Shown here: piece after piece, positions 1-12,510 of the stretch
Numbering within the stretch: the first letter of the stretch is position 1
How the letters are laid out: each line of letters starts with the position of its first letter
Assembly: GCA_030141605.1 (NCBI GenBank)
Contig: JAQGDQ010000422.1
Location: 115,780-179,779 of the forward strand
Origin: Tubiluchus corallicola
Lineage: Eukaryota; Animalia; Priapulida
Length of the DNA: 64,000 nucleotides
Direction: 5' to 3'
The notes under the pieces: generated by a model
Databases searched by the model: none
What the model was told of the DNA's origin: nothing
Seen by the model: the letters and a program-made list of their open reading frames with translations, nothing else
Program-made: the position numbers and the translations under genes

Positions 1-3000
1 CCCGGTACGTAGTACATGGTTCAAAAATACAGTTGAATTCCAACATTCTCATGTAATACTGACAAATAATATGGCATTGTATGATTTTGTTTGACAGTAT
101 ACAACCACTAAAACTAAAACCACTAAAAAAGCACTAAAACAACATTAAACAATGTAACTAGGTGTTGTCGCAATAATTTTCTAGTAGAATGACCCCCCAC
201 TTGTTGAATAATTGTTAGACTGAGATTTGACGCCCTGTGTGCACTCATCAGTTCTAGAATCATTTGATTTGTTTGACAGTTTTAGATCAGGTTGTTTCCA
301 TGAAAATTTGTGTGTTTGCACAAGATTTACACGTATGTTTTGTAAGAAGCATTACTATTAGTTTTGCATTATTATTATTTGTTTTTGTGACTGCTAAACA
401 ACACTGTTGTAACATCTATAATGGGTGCGTGACCACTTGCTTTTTTTGTAACCTTTTGTACTGTTATATTTTCGGTATTGATCTGTACATGTAACTGTTA
501 TACATGCTATCCATTAAGATTTTTTTAGATTCACATGTGGTTCAAAACTACATTCTTATTGCGTAACAATAATACTCTGTAACTAAGGAAATTTTAAGCA
601 GCTTTATTCATGAGTCTACGCAAACACACTTCACATACTGCGACACTTTCTTGTGTCCGTTGCACTTTATTTTCACCAAATCTTGACAAACTTCAAACAT
701 GAAAAGAAAACTTTGGCATCAAAACAGCATAGTCATCTTTTAAAAGTTTCTAACAAAATCCGTTCCTCAAAAGTATCAAAACAATATATACGATTAGTTC
801 AATATAAAGCTCTTTAGCTTTTGCTTTAAAACCAATGTTGCTGTTGCAATGAGTTTGTTAGATTTTGTGATGAAGTTTTTCTGATCGTATTCTAGCGGAT
901 TTCATTTGACGATTATCCACTTTTTGATGAAGCTTGTGAAACTTACGTCTCGAGGACCTGATGCATGTGAACAACAGGACACTTCAGCAGATTTTGAAGC
1001 ATAATGACCAGAAGGGTTGTGGATCATCATGTTCCATATCAACAGCCGCATTATCTTCAACATCACGTGCAAGTATGCAGAAATGCATCTCTGGAAATGC
1101 AAGTTGCATTGAAAGGCTATGTTCCCATTTTTATGAACCCATTTTTGATATTCTCGGGTGTCAAGGCAAGCGGCAAAGTTGTGTATATCAAAACTAATTT
1201 TCCTTCTTTACAGAATTGCGTTATTGCGTTAGTCTTTTCTTTTCCAAGTTGATATCAGATCCGTTTCAAGGAAGAAATGCGTTTTTATCTAGTGGGTTGA
1301 GATGATGTGAAGCACGATTTGGTATACACGATAGTATGATGTTGTTCTCTCGCATGATGCTGATAAAGTCGAGGTTGAGTGAGTGTGTCACGTGTCCATT
1401 AAGTAACAGCAAGTTTTTTCACCTAATGCACCTTAAAAATGCAGATATCGAATAAAATTGCAACCTTTTTCAGTAACAAGCTGATCTTTAATTAAACCGG
1501 ATTCATACAGTCTGACAAGCTCTCCAATTGCAGCTTGTTACTGTAAATCATGTCGTTTGTCCTTGAAAATGATGAGACGTGGAACAATTATCCCAGCTGC
1601 ACTGAGAAGAGTTGTAGTTTCACGCGTTCAGTCATATTAAACAGGGTGGATGTACTCACCCCAGTAGATTCAATAAGACCTTACAAATGCGCTCTGGGTG
1701 TCAAGTTAAGTCGCTTTTACGGTTGCACTTTAAATTGCTAAATTTGTTGTTTCTGCAGGATAATGCTTTTGATTTCTCTTTTTCTATTTGACTGTAAAAA
1801 ATTTACTTTCTTTAAGCAGGCAAAATCTAAGAACAGCTTTCAACGAAAATAATCTGCTTCATCCAAAAATATCTCATTTGGTCAACAATGCCAGGACGAG
1901 TCAAGAAAAGTCGGCCAGTACTGAAACACACACACTCACACACACACGCACGCACGCACACACACAGATATGATTTGTAAGTTATAGCTATAGTACTATA
2001 GTACTGTAGTAAACTACCTATCTTTTCTCCATCTTTTTCCTAATGTATACCATAAAGAATTATAACAATATACTATAATGGAACTGTACCTTTTGATGGT
2101 AGTAAAATATCATCAGCAAAGCTGCACTAGTTCAATTTTTTCACTCGGGAGAGGGGTACGTGCAGTTCATTGGCGTTCTCGCGAGATATGAGATACAAAA
2201 CTGTTACTTGGCTAAAAAAATTTCGCCAAGTTTTTCACAGGTTAGGCATCTATAAAAAATGTTTAACTTGATTTTCATGATATTTCCCCTTTAAGTGGTT
2301 GTGCAAGGTCATTAACTGCATGAGGTGTTTTACCATATTCTCCCAATCTGGGTAAAAACCAGTTAACATCGGGGAAACAGCACTAACATTTTCTGCACAT
2401 ACCCATCCATTTAGTTGCAAGTTTTGGCAGTGTGTAACTGTTATTGCTTCTATTGTTTACGTCACGGCGTTCTCAAGCTATTCTATTATTTTCAAAACGT
2501 CAAACGCGTGTTTGCCTGTGTGCAGAATTTCCTTTGTCTGTGTGGGTTCGGAATTTCCTTTAGCAAAGCAGGGTGTGTTCTATTATTTCTGCTTCTTGAA
2601 ATAACATAGCGCCCTGGGAGACACGCACTAAGATGTTTTGTTAAGATTGAAAGGAATACAATGCCTTTTCAGATCTGAAAGCTTTCGAAAGTATGTTTAA
2701 CGCAAACACAGGTTACTTAGAAACTGGGTTTCCTTCTTACAGATTTAAAGAGCGAGACAGCGTAAAAATAATTGCTGTTTGGATAAGACAGAAAAAGTTT
2801 TCAGTGCCGCGAACAAAAGACCTTTTAAATGCGGAATTCTAAGATCCGGGTTCTTGTGCATGTATAAATTGTTAAGAGCAAAGAAAATTACTTTCCTATG
2901 TTTTATATTCTTGTATTGTCATAAGTCATAAGTCATTTTATTTCACATTACACATTTACAATAGTTTCATGTACAATATATAGTGAAAGGGCCTACAATG

Positions 3001-3319
3001 AACATAATACGAAAAAGCTTTTATTGTTTCTGCACAAGAAAAGCCTCACACACTGTTCACCTATATACGAATGTAAATGTGTTGCGGGCAATCAAAAAGC
3101 AAGGCTTGTTAGATTGTCCCACACTGTGAAAGAAAAAAAAGTAAAGGAAATAATCTGAAAATTTAAAGTGAATCGTATGATAAAAAAACATTTAGTGCTT
3201 AAAATGTAATGATGTCATGAATGAAGCTCATATATGAGATGATATGAGATTTTTAAAGCCAGGGCTTACAGCTAAACGCCATTTCTGTTAGCAATGTTTT
3301 CATATTCACATAATAATGG

Positions 3320-3650
3320 GCAGTTGAAATCGAGTAATCTGTACAATTTGAATGCGCCAAGAATTAGTCTTGCCACTTGTGGTGGTCGGTCATTTGCTTA
3401 TGCTGCCCCGCATCTTTGGAACCATGTGCCCCTTCATGTCAAAACGTCTCCATCACTTCCTTGGTTTAAATACCAAAAAACGTTTTTACATTTTCACCTG
3501 CCTTTAGCATCTCATAATCGTTAAGTTTTAGTCACCTAACACAATTCGATAAATTTTAATTTGTGTAGTGTAACTTTTTAGTTCTGTAATCCTATTGTTT
3601 TTTAACTCTGTAAAGCTGACGAGCTAAGTCAAGCTAATAAATTATTATTA
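3320..3650 (+). mobile_element. L2/CR1-clade LINE 3' fragment
   Basis: Translation GGRSFAYAAPHLWNHVP...SLPWFK is typical of the ORF2 C-terminus; followed by 3'UTR, AATAAA and an (ATT)-type tail running into a microsatellite. Confidence 0.75.
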
Positions 3651-3678
3651 TGATTGTTGTTGTTGTTGTTGTTGTTGC

Positions 3679-3766
<88 letters not shown>

Positions 3767-3895
3767 CTTGTTGTTGTTGTTGTTGTTCTTGTTCTTGTTC
3801 TTGTTCTTGTTCTTGTCCTTGTTCTTGTTCTTGTTCTTGTTCTTGTTCTTGTTCTTGTTCTTGTTCTTGTTCTTGTTCTTGTTCTTGTTCTTGTT

Positions 3896-3990
<95 letters not shown>

Positions 3991-4009
3991 TATTATTATT
4001 ATTATTATT
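3641..4009. repeat. Compound microsatellite (GTT)n-(GTTCTT)n-(ATC)n-(ATT)n
   Basis: Directly visible; explains the homopolymeric ORFs at 3629-4190. Confidence 0.98.
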
Positions 4010-4170
4010 AACAGTCTTTGACATTTTTTTTAAATTAAACGCTGAAAGCAGTTTCTTTCACGCGCGTCTTTTCAAATTTTGTCTTTTACTGTTTAATATT
4101 CGTCTGCGGCTCATTTCACTTCCCCGCAGAGTTACAAAATTCTTAACGCATCAACTGCAACGTTTTGCAG

Positions 4171-4282
4171 CTTGCTGTCCACGGGGATAAACGGCAAATG
4201 CTTCAGGAGTTAACCAGAGACATACATAGGAAGAACAACAAGGCACACGTCTTGGCAGAGCTGACGGTGTGTGTAGCATCAG
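4171..4282 (+). CDS. PDE10A: PDE10 exon 1 in window (LAVHGDKRQMLQELTRDIHRKNNKAHVLAELTVCVAS), start of GAF-A
   Basis: ttttgcag acceptor, gtgaat donor, phase 0/1; joins in frame to the next exon giving ASAVSADGYNLY. Confidence 0.82.
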
Positions 4283-4374
4283 GTGAATATTTTACCTAGT
4301 TTTAAACCATCGACCAAAGTCTGATAATAAACAGCATGACTTGAGTAAAACAAAACTTGTCACTGGAGTAGATG

Positions 4375-4640
4375 AGTAGTACGTCAGACTCGCCTGTGTA
4401 CCAATTTTCTGCACCATCAGGTGATATAAGACCGTTAAAAGCATAAAATACTCTGATGTTAAGTAGGTATATGAGTAGGTGAGTAGTACGTCGGATTCGC
4501 CTCTGCACTAATTTTTTTGCACTACCAGGTGATGTAGAGACCGTTAAACATACTATTACTGTGCTGCTGTTGAGTATGTCGGATTTGCCTCTGCACCAAT
4601 TTTCTACATTAGCAGGTGATGTAGAGACACGTCAAACATA
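4375..4640. repeat. Degenerate tandem triplication (~90-110 bp units)
   Basis: Motif gtacgtc(a/g)ga.t(c/t)gcct.tg.ac.aatttt...caggtgat.ta.agac occurs three times (~4379, ~4487, ~4575). Confidence 0.7.
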
Positions 4641-4747
4641 GTACTGTGGTACAAACATTTTAAAGCTTTAAATTGAAACCATTGTGTGGCAACGTAATTG
4701 TAATTAATTAGAGTCTGATTATACTATGAAAATGTTTTTCTTTGCAG

Positions 4748-4829
4748 CTGTAAGTGCAGATGGTTATAATTTATATGTACTAGACGAGTATGGCACTGAA
4801 CTTTGCTTCTTCCAACCTCCTTCAGAACT
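4748..4829 (+). CDS. PDE10A: PDE10 exon 2 (AVSADGYNLYVLDEYGTELCFFQPPSEL), GAF-A
   Basis: tttgcag / gtaagt, phase 1/2; ADGxxLY motif of PDE10 GAF-A. Confidence 0.87.
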
Positions 4830-5445
4830 GTAAGTGTTTTAGCAAATATTGAACAGCGTCGGGTTTCACATGTAATCATTTTATAATTAAAAGCTGCTCA
4901 ATATAATGATTACGTAACTTGCGGTCTTCATAATAATATTTTTTAGAAATTATGCAGTCAGATCATTGCAAGCATTTAAATTCATTTCAATTTTAGAATT
5001 TTACAAATAATTCAAATGCAAAAAAATTAGATGCACATAATCTTGTTAATGCAATAATTACTAGCGAGCAAACTGACGTCATGCAAATATATACAGACTA
5101 AATGAATGCAGGCAGGTTTAGTTAATTTTAATGTCTTTAGTTGCATTCTGTGATAATTTATACCTAGAAACATATTATGCAAAGCATAAATGCTTACAGT
5201 TTTTACAAGCTTGTCTTCCTCAATGCCTTAATTATCTAACTATATATCTTGTTAAATATTCTTTTCAAATATTATTTTTATTTGGAAACTTTTTGTTAGG
5301 AACTGAAACATTCTCATTTGTATTTTTTAATAATGTCATTTGTGTTGATCTGAAATCTTGAATTTTGAAGTATGATCTAGAGTAGGTAAACTACATGGGC
5401 CTGTTAGGCCAATCCGTTTACTTAAATTGTTTCATCTTTTTTCAG

Positions 5446-5548
5446 TGGAACAACAAAATTACAACGTCAAAACATTGAAAATGGAGCTACCGTTGCGACG
5501 TACGTTGCAAGAACGATGAAACCAGTTTGCATCAGCGAACTGAAGGCT
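5446..5548 (+). CDS. PDE10A: PDE10 exon 3 (GTTKLQRQNIENGATVATYVARTMKPVCISELKA), GAF-A
   Basis: ttttcag / gtgagt, phase 2/0; GxTVAxYVA GAF motif. Confidence 0.87.
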
Positions 5549-5790
5549 GTGAGTTAAAATTTTATGTTACGTAATTTACTGATACAGTAGTTTGTTACTG
5601 TATCGATTTCTTTTCTTTAGATCCGCTTAATCATTACCTATTTGGCTTTTGTAAATATATAATTAGTGTTTAAGTTGCTGTATCAATTTCTTTACTGATC
5701 TGTTTATTCATTGTCTATTTGGCTTCTTTTAATACTTAATTAATGCATAATAAGCTCTGCTTGGTTGTATATTTTAGTATCCAAATCCCT

Positions 5791-6540
5791 GTTTTGAGGA
5801 TAGGTGTTACTAAAACTCGTATGTCAGTACCACAATGATTGTTTTGAGGACAGGTGTTACTAAAACTCGTATGTCAGTACCACAATGATTGTTTTGAGGA
5901 TAGGTGTTACTAAAACTCGTATGTCAGTACCACAATGATTGTTTTGAGGATAGGTGTTACTAAAACTCGTATGCCAGTACCACAATGATTGTTTTGAGGA
6001 CAGGTGTTACTAAAACTCGTATGTCAGTACCACAATGATTGTTTTGAGGGCAGGTGTTACTAAAACTCGTATGTCAGTACAACAATGATTGTTTTGAGGA
6101 TAGGTGTTACTAAAACTCGTATGTCAGTACAACAATGATTGTTTTGAGGATAGGTGTTACTAAAACTCGTATGTCAGTACAACAATGATTGTTTTGAGGA
6201 TAGGTGTTACTAAAACTTGTATGTCAGTACCACAATGATTGTTTTGAGGATAGGTGTTACTAAAACTCGTATGTCAGTACCACAATGATTGTTTTGAGGA
6301 TAGGTGTTACTAAAACTCGTATGTCAGTACAACAATGATTGTTTTGAGGATAGGTGTTACTAAAACTCGTATGTCAGTACAACAATGATTGTTTTGAGGA
6401 TAGGTGTTACTAAAACTCGTATGTCAGTACAACAATGATTGTTTTGAGGATAGGTGTTACTAAAACTCGTATGTCAGTACAACAATGATTGTTTTGAGGA
6501 TAGGTGTTACTAAAACTCGTATGTCAGTACAACAATGATT
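5791..6540. repeat. 50-bp minisatellite, 15 near-identical copies
   Basis: Unit gttttgaggataggtgttactaaaactcgtatgtcagtac(c/a)acaatgatt; 750 bp total. Confidence 0.98.
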
Positions 6541-6572
6541 GCTGTACTGATTCATTGCATTCATTCTTACAG

Positions 6573-6725
6573 AACAAGGATTACCCGGACGGCATAGGAG
6601 CTGAAGGTACAGGCATCACATCCGTCCTATGTCAGCCTGTAGTAGAACCAGGAGGAGCCCTTCTAGCTGTAATAGAGCTTTACAGAAACAGCAGCAGCCC
6701 ACCATTCCAGGATTTCGATCAAGAG
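6573..6725 (+). CDS. PDE10A: PDE10 exon 4 (NKDYPDGIGAEG...VLCQPVV...IELYR...FQDFDQE), GAF-A
   Basis: ttacag / gtaatc, phase 0/0; overlaps ORF 6504..6764. Confidence 0.9.
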
Positions 6726-6936
6726 GTAATCATGTTGAAAGAGGACATATTCCAGGTGCTATGAAAGCGTTGAAATCTATACTGAAAAACAACAATCTAA
6801 GATCAACTTGAGCAACGAGCGTTATCGAATAGTTTTTATTTCATAAAATAGCTGAAATTCTGCATGTTAATAATGTCAAATCTTGCAGGCGCTATTCATC
6901 TACCAGATGGGTCAAGGGTAGGTGGATGAATCGATG

Positions 6937-7167
6937 TACATGATGTTCCAAAAGAAACATATAGAAATATACTGATACGCTAAAATGTATTAGTCGAATC
7001 GCAAAGAAATGTTACTATAGACTTCTGCATTATGGCAAGATAAAAATTCAATTACATTTGCATAATTACATTTTCCTGACTATATAACTTAGCGCTTCTA
7101 GCTACGCGTACTAGAATTACTTATACTGCTGCTATTTAATGCACTCTTTCTTCTGGAACACCCTGTA
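6937..7167. mobile_element. Small Tc1/mariner-like MITE
   Basis: Ends tacatgatgttccaaaaga ... tcttctggaacaccctgta form an imperfect TIR of TA|CAGGGTG type. Confidence 0.5.
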
Positions 7168-7291
7168 GTAGCAAAAAGTTCTGTATTAAATCACTGATAA
7201 ACCTGTTCCATTATTGACCAGGTTATTAATGCAGACGAAACACTGTCAAACTAGTAACAGATAATCAATTGTGAATATACTTTATACATAG

Positions 7292-7342
7292 GTGGTTAGC
7301 AGCTATCTGATATGGGGAGCGTTTGCAGTATATTATGCAGAG
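7292..7342 (+). CDS. PDE10A: PDE10 exon 5 (VVSSYLIWGAFAVYYAE)
   Basis: catag / gtaagt, 51 nt, phase 0/0; final helix of GAF-A. Confidence 0.85.
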
Positions 7343-7899
7343 GTAAGTCTATACTTGTTATTTTTTTGAGATATACGTCTACAATACAGAAAAAACTACA
7401 AGATTCGTTTTTACAATAAGGTTAAACCACAGATAGTAGCAAAAGTGTACACAACTGTAAAATTAGAAAGACAATTTTTCAGTCGTCCTGCATAGTTCGT
7501 ATACTAAAAGAATAATAGGCCTACTCATTCAAGCATTCTAACTACATTACACCACATAACATGAGAACCGTAAGGAAGTGTATTTTTAGTATAGCGCACA
7601 AGGTGCAATGATTGTTGAAAATCACTTTTTTGCAATACGTTGAAACTTGAATTTTCTCGACTGAATTGCTGCATGGTGTTGCATGCAGAAAAAATGATAA
7701 GTTCTGATATATTTTGCGTTATTTTTGACTAAAATACATCAAAACGTTATCATGCAGCAATAAATGTGTAGCATTTTTAGCAACGGATGTGTCTAATCGT
7801 TCAATACATAATTGTACAGGGTGTTTCATAAGTTACTCACTAATTTGATTTGTTAGTAGCCGACTAACACTGTTAATTTTGCGGCACACTTTTACTGAG

Positions 7900-8523
7900 T
7901 ACTTGAACTGGGACCTAATCTTAAACTGTAGCTCAAAACAATCTACTCTGTGAAATATTGAAAGAGAACATACTATTTTTTCAAGAATTGCGTGAATAAT
8001 TATTACCACAGAAACACAGTTTCGCGTTTGCGCGACAATTTCTACGCGGTTAGTTGCATTTCGCCATTCACTAGTTGAACAGGCACTAGCGTCTGCATGT
8101 CGAAAACGCGTTGCATAAAAAACAGGTGCTGTACCCCTCAGTTTAGAGGTTGTCAGTTGTGATGTAGTACACACATTCGAGAAATCATGCATGAGCATTG
8201 CAGTAAACTTGAAAATTAAAATTTTTAAATTTAAAATTTGCCGAGTTTTCATATATCACATTGAATGTTGTACAGTAGCATTATACTTCAATTTTCGCTT
8301 TCGCAAGCACGTGCAACACACTGTTGGCATGTCTGCACAATTAAAAATTATGTTCAGTTGTCATGTCATCACTAGTTGGGCTCGCCCGATACTAATTAAG
8401 CTTTTGGCCTGTTATATAATTATCAGAAGTTCTTTGGCATTATTATAGGTGTTAAAATGTACACTTTTTACCGTGTTTCATAATGGAATGTGATACGAAA
8501 AATCATCGTGTTTTCCTTTAAAA
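7900..8523 (+). mobile_element. Dispersed repeat family A (Kolobok-like non-autonomous DNA element), copy 1
   Basis: Shares the core gcgtctgcat...aaaacaggtgctgtacc.ctcagtt and the ttcctttaa end with the copies at 57530 and 63381. Confidence 0.65.
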
Positions 8524-8643
8524 GTCCTATGACACTATTTTTTATGTTATTTCGTTTTATAGTGCAGGCGGAATTACATATTTCCTAATTTTTAAAACAA
8601 TTTTGACGCATGCTTTTATGTGATATGGTAACTTAAATTAAGC

Positions 8644-9100
8644 AACCTAGAAAACTGGTAGGGGGGGGCAAGCCAGCCCAACTCAGTGCCGGTCCCAAGC
8701 CCGGATAAATAGGGAGGGTTAGGGTCAGGAAGGGCATCCGCCTGTAAAAACTGCGCCAAAACCTTCTATGAATGAGTCGGTGAGACTTAAAGGTAAAGTC
8801 CACAAAGAAGTGGTCAGACCCGCTCTAATCTATGGACTGGAAGCAGCTTCTCTAAAGAAGACCCAAGAGAATAAAATGGGTGCGGTGGAGATGAGGATGT
8901 TGAGATGAATGGTGGGAATAACAAGAAGAGATAAAATTAGAAATAATAATATCAGAGGAACAGTAAAAGTAGTGGAAGCCTCGCAAGACTGTGGGAATTG
9001 AAGACATAAATGAAGAGATGGTCAACAACAGGAATGCGTGGAGAAGACTCGTTCACAACGGCTACCCCGAATAGGGAAAAGCTGGGAAGAAGAAGAAGAA
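8644..9100 (+). mobile_element. Internally deleted RTE-clade retroelement with (GAA)n tail and 16-bp TSD
   Basis: GTAACTTAAATTAAGC at 8628-8643 and 9101-9116; internal translation LKGKVHKEVVRPALIYGLEA...EMRMLR*MVGITRRDKIRN is an RTE ORF C-terminal region. Confidence 0.88.
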
Positions 9101-9616
9101 GTAACTTAAATTAAGCGCCGTTGGTACTGTCACGAATATTATCGCCCGCCATGACACTCAGTGCTGTGCTGTGACGTCACGTCAGGAAGCGGCAATTAAC
9201 AGCCGCAGTACAGTAGACACCCAGTGGCTCCAGTAAGCAGGGGGCGCTGTGATCACTGAACATCGTCTTCATCTAAAGCTTCTTGCTGTTTTCTTCTATC
9301 GTGTTAATCTAGAGCAGAGATGTAAAATCGCATGCCTTGCTCGCTCGTCGGATCATTCTCCGTGCAGCTTGTTTTTGTGGGGCTACATTATGAACAAAAT
9401 GTACGCCACCAAATAGCGAGAGACCTTTCCACACTAGAAGAACAGTTAAGAAATGCAAGCGCCTTCTGTCACTCCAATGTCTATTGGCCAAAAGTGCGTA
9501 AAATGCTGGCTTGTTTTGCTTCAAGAAAGTCGTGCTCACTTTCAGGTGTGCTAGTGACTTTCCAGTGAACTTATAAAGCCAACTTTGATGCCATCTAAAT
9601 TTTCATGAGTACTAGA

Positions 9617-10149
9617 TAATTTTGTAATAATAAATCTTTATTAAAGAAATGAACATATATACAAAAAGGTGCCTCTTTTTGAAGGCTCAGATCAACAATT
9701 TATTTACATTTTCATATAACAAATCTTTTAAATATTTCCAGTTTCACACTATGTACAACGAATAACATATTATACTTAAATTAGATTTAATTTTAAATGA
9801 TTCACAAGTATTATCCATATGAATTAACTTTACACACCTACATAATTTATTTTTGTATACTCGAGCGGGCCTAAATTAACAATTACTTAGTATAAAATTA
9901 TCTCTGATCAGGTTAGTGAAAGCCATTATTAAATTTTTATCAGATTGAAGCATAATATTACGTGTATAATTGGCATCAGCTATTTCTATGAAACGCATTC
10001 TTTTTGTATTATCTACTTTATTGCATCTGAACAAAATGTACTGAGGAGTTTGCTCTTCTTCTCCACATGGACATAAACTAGTATCACACATATTAAGTCT
10101 ATACAAAAAGCTGTTAAAATTCCCCTGGCCAGGTAAAAAAGACAGTTAC
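9617..10149 (-). mobile_element. 5'-truncated LINE with C-terminal CCHC-type zinc knuckle (R1/I-group-like), 11-bp TSD
   Basis: Minus-strand GQGNFNSFLYRLNMCDTSLCPCGEEEQTPQYILFRC; TGAGTACTAGA at 9606-9616 and 10150-10160. Confidence 0.78.
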
Positions 10150-11589
10150 TGAGTACTAGACTCAGTAACCAAAATGCCATGTCGTTTGTCTTGTAATTGC
10201 TACTGTGGCAAACTGTTAAAAATAATGAGGAACTTATGAAGCACTCTGTATTGTGTTGGCGGTATTTGGCGTTACCTTTTGGTTTAGGTAGTGGACAAAC
10301 TGTTTAGTAGCAAGCTAAGTGATTGTGACACATTGTGTTGTGAAGGAATTGAATTTAGAAATTAGAATATGTTGTTTGTCAGCCACATAGTAAGCACGCT
10401 CGTGAATTAAAACTCGTTCGTTTTTCTTTTCATTCCATCCGTCCATCCCGCATCGTGTGTCATGCTTGTCGCTTCAAATCCGCTGGTTTGTACTCATAAG
10501 CAATGCAATAGTGATCAGGTTTGTGTTCTATGCATGTCTTGCATTAAATTTGGATTAAAATTTGCTTCTGGATTTCTTCCTGATGACTCCCTGTATCTGT
10601 TGTTTCTACTGTTACTGTGTAACGATTACTATTGGAAGCTTATGCAAATTATTCGTTATAATCGTTTAGGTATTTTATCTTTATAAACTGTCATATTCCT
10701 TTGTTTCAAATTATCATTTGAAATCTACTTCCCTTTACACGTATTTTCTTCAATGTATTTTGACTGCATCTAAAAAATTCCCCTTGTAAGGATTGGAACC
10801 GTATATCCCAGACTTTCTCAATGCTTAAGTAGGTGCACTGGCATGGATTAACCTGTTTCGGGACTTCTCTTCTGAGAACTAACTTTTGAAAATGTTTTAC
10901 TAATCTATTAGTAAATATATATATATGTATAATGTATAACAGTGTATAAGTATCTATAATAGTATAAGTAGAACTTATGTTACATCAAGCTGATGAAAGT
11001 GCATCTAGAATCATATATATTAGTTAGTTTGATCTGTTATAACATATAAAGTCTCACGATCACGATAAAATTTTAGTAGGACTGTTATACCTGAATGCTA
11101 CTGATTGACTTAAAGGTTTCTAGAAATTTTTCCCTATTTGTATGTAGGGAAAGTTTTATACGTGCTTATTACTAACTTAAACTACTCAACCGCATGAAAA
11201 AACTTTAAATTTAACATCAGACTTATTTTATTTCTAGTTTTCTAGTTCATAATAGCTACTAATCACAATTTTATACGATCATTTTGGGATAATATATGCA
11301 TATTTTTACATTGAGCAATAATAATAGCTGTTTCACTGCTTTTCCTCACACGTTTTAACATTTTACAGAAAGTTATCACATCACTCTTACAAAGTTTATG
11401 GGATGGCTGCAATGGTTTTGTAGTTTAAGTTTTCTGATTTTCACTGCTTATGTTCTACATTTTCTACTACCCGAAAAGTTTAATTTCAATTATGATATGA
11501 TAATATATATACGATATATGCCTCTATATAATTGTTCTATAGTAGATTTAGTAGATTATAGTTATATTTAATTATCGATATTTTTATAG

Positions 11590-11648
11590 ATGTATCACAC
11601 CATGACTAAGCAGAGAAAGCTCAACGATTTCTTACTCACGGTTACAAA
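11590..11648 (+). CDS. PDE10A: PDE10 exon 6 (MYHTMTKQRKLNDFLLTVTK), inter-GAF helix
   Basis: ttttatag / gtaagt, phase 0/2; KQxxLNDFLL motif. Confidence 0.9.
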
Positions 11649-11786
11649 GTAAGTTCGTCCATCATGTTTATCTTTGAGTGGCTGTGAAAAGTAGCTTCAT
11701 ATGACTTATTGTAACTGCATATGACGTAAAACCATTGAGCTGAGCATTGCTTGATAATTTTTAGTAAATCTTTTATTCATTTACAG

Positions 11787-11838
11787 GTCAATTTTCCAAG
11801 ATATTGTAAGCATGGACACAGTTATTATGAAAATTATG
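11787..11838 (+). CDS. PDE10A: PDE10 exon 7 (SIFQDIVSMDTVIMKIM)
   Basis: ttacag / gtacga, phase 2/0. Confidence 0.88.
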
Positions 11839-11959
11839 GTACGATTTTTTCACTACTATGAATGTTTGTGATATAATGCAGACTAATTCTGCTCCTATTG
11901 TTATATGAAAGACAGTTATATTCAGGTAATAGTGACTTACATAACATTCTGTGGTGCGA

Positions 11960-12510
11960 TATAACATGACTTGGCATGGCGTGACATTGTCTGACCTGAC
12001 ACCACATGATATTAGATGACATGACATGACATGACATAGCGTAATATGCCATGATATAACATGAAATGATAACAACATAACATGACATGGCGTGAAATGA
12101 CATGACATGACTTGAATTGACATGACATGACACGACACGATACGACATGAATCGACATGATGGCAAGACACTGCACAACACGACACAACTTGACATGGTG
12201 TGACACAAGATGACTGCATATCATGACATGACACGACACGGTACAACATGACGTAACATGGTGGCACGACACTGCACAACACGACACGACATGATGTGAC
12301 ATGCGTTGACATGACATGGTGTGACACGAGATGACTGCATGACATGACATGACATGACATGACATGACATGACATGACATGACATGACATGACATGACAT
12401 GACATGACATGACACGATATGACACAACATGACGGTAAGACACTGCATAACACGTACGACATGGTGTGACACGCAATGACATGATGACATGAAATGACAT
12501 AACATGCCAT
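11960..12510. repeat. Degenerate pentanucleotide satellite (CATGA/CACGA)n
   Basis: Pure (GACAT)n core at ~12338-12412 with degenerate flanks; produces the spurious VMSCH ORFs. Confidence 0.95.

Noticed and set aside
1-4170. Upstream PDE10 exons (e.g. SFVLENDETW at ~1553)
   Set aside because: No convincing splice sites or extended similarity; the N-terminal exons probably lie before the window.
3629-4190. Long homopolymeric ORFs (poly-N/D/V/L/S/T)
   Set aside because: Products of trinucleotide and hexanucleotide microsatellites.
5791-6540. CRISPR-like appearance (GTTTT...AAAAC motif repeated at fixed spacing)
   Set aside because: The intervening sequences are near-identical rather than unique spacers, no cas genes are present, and the array lies in a eukaryotic intron.
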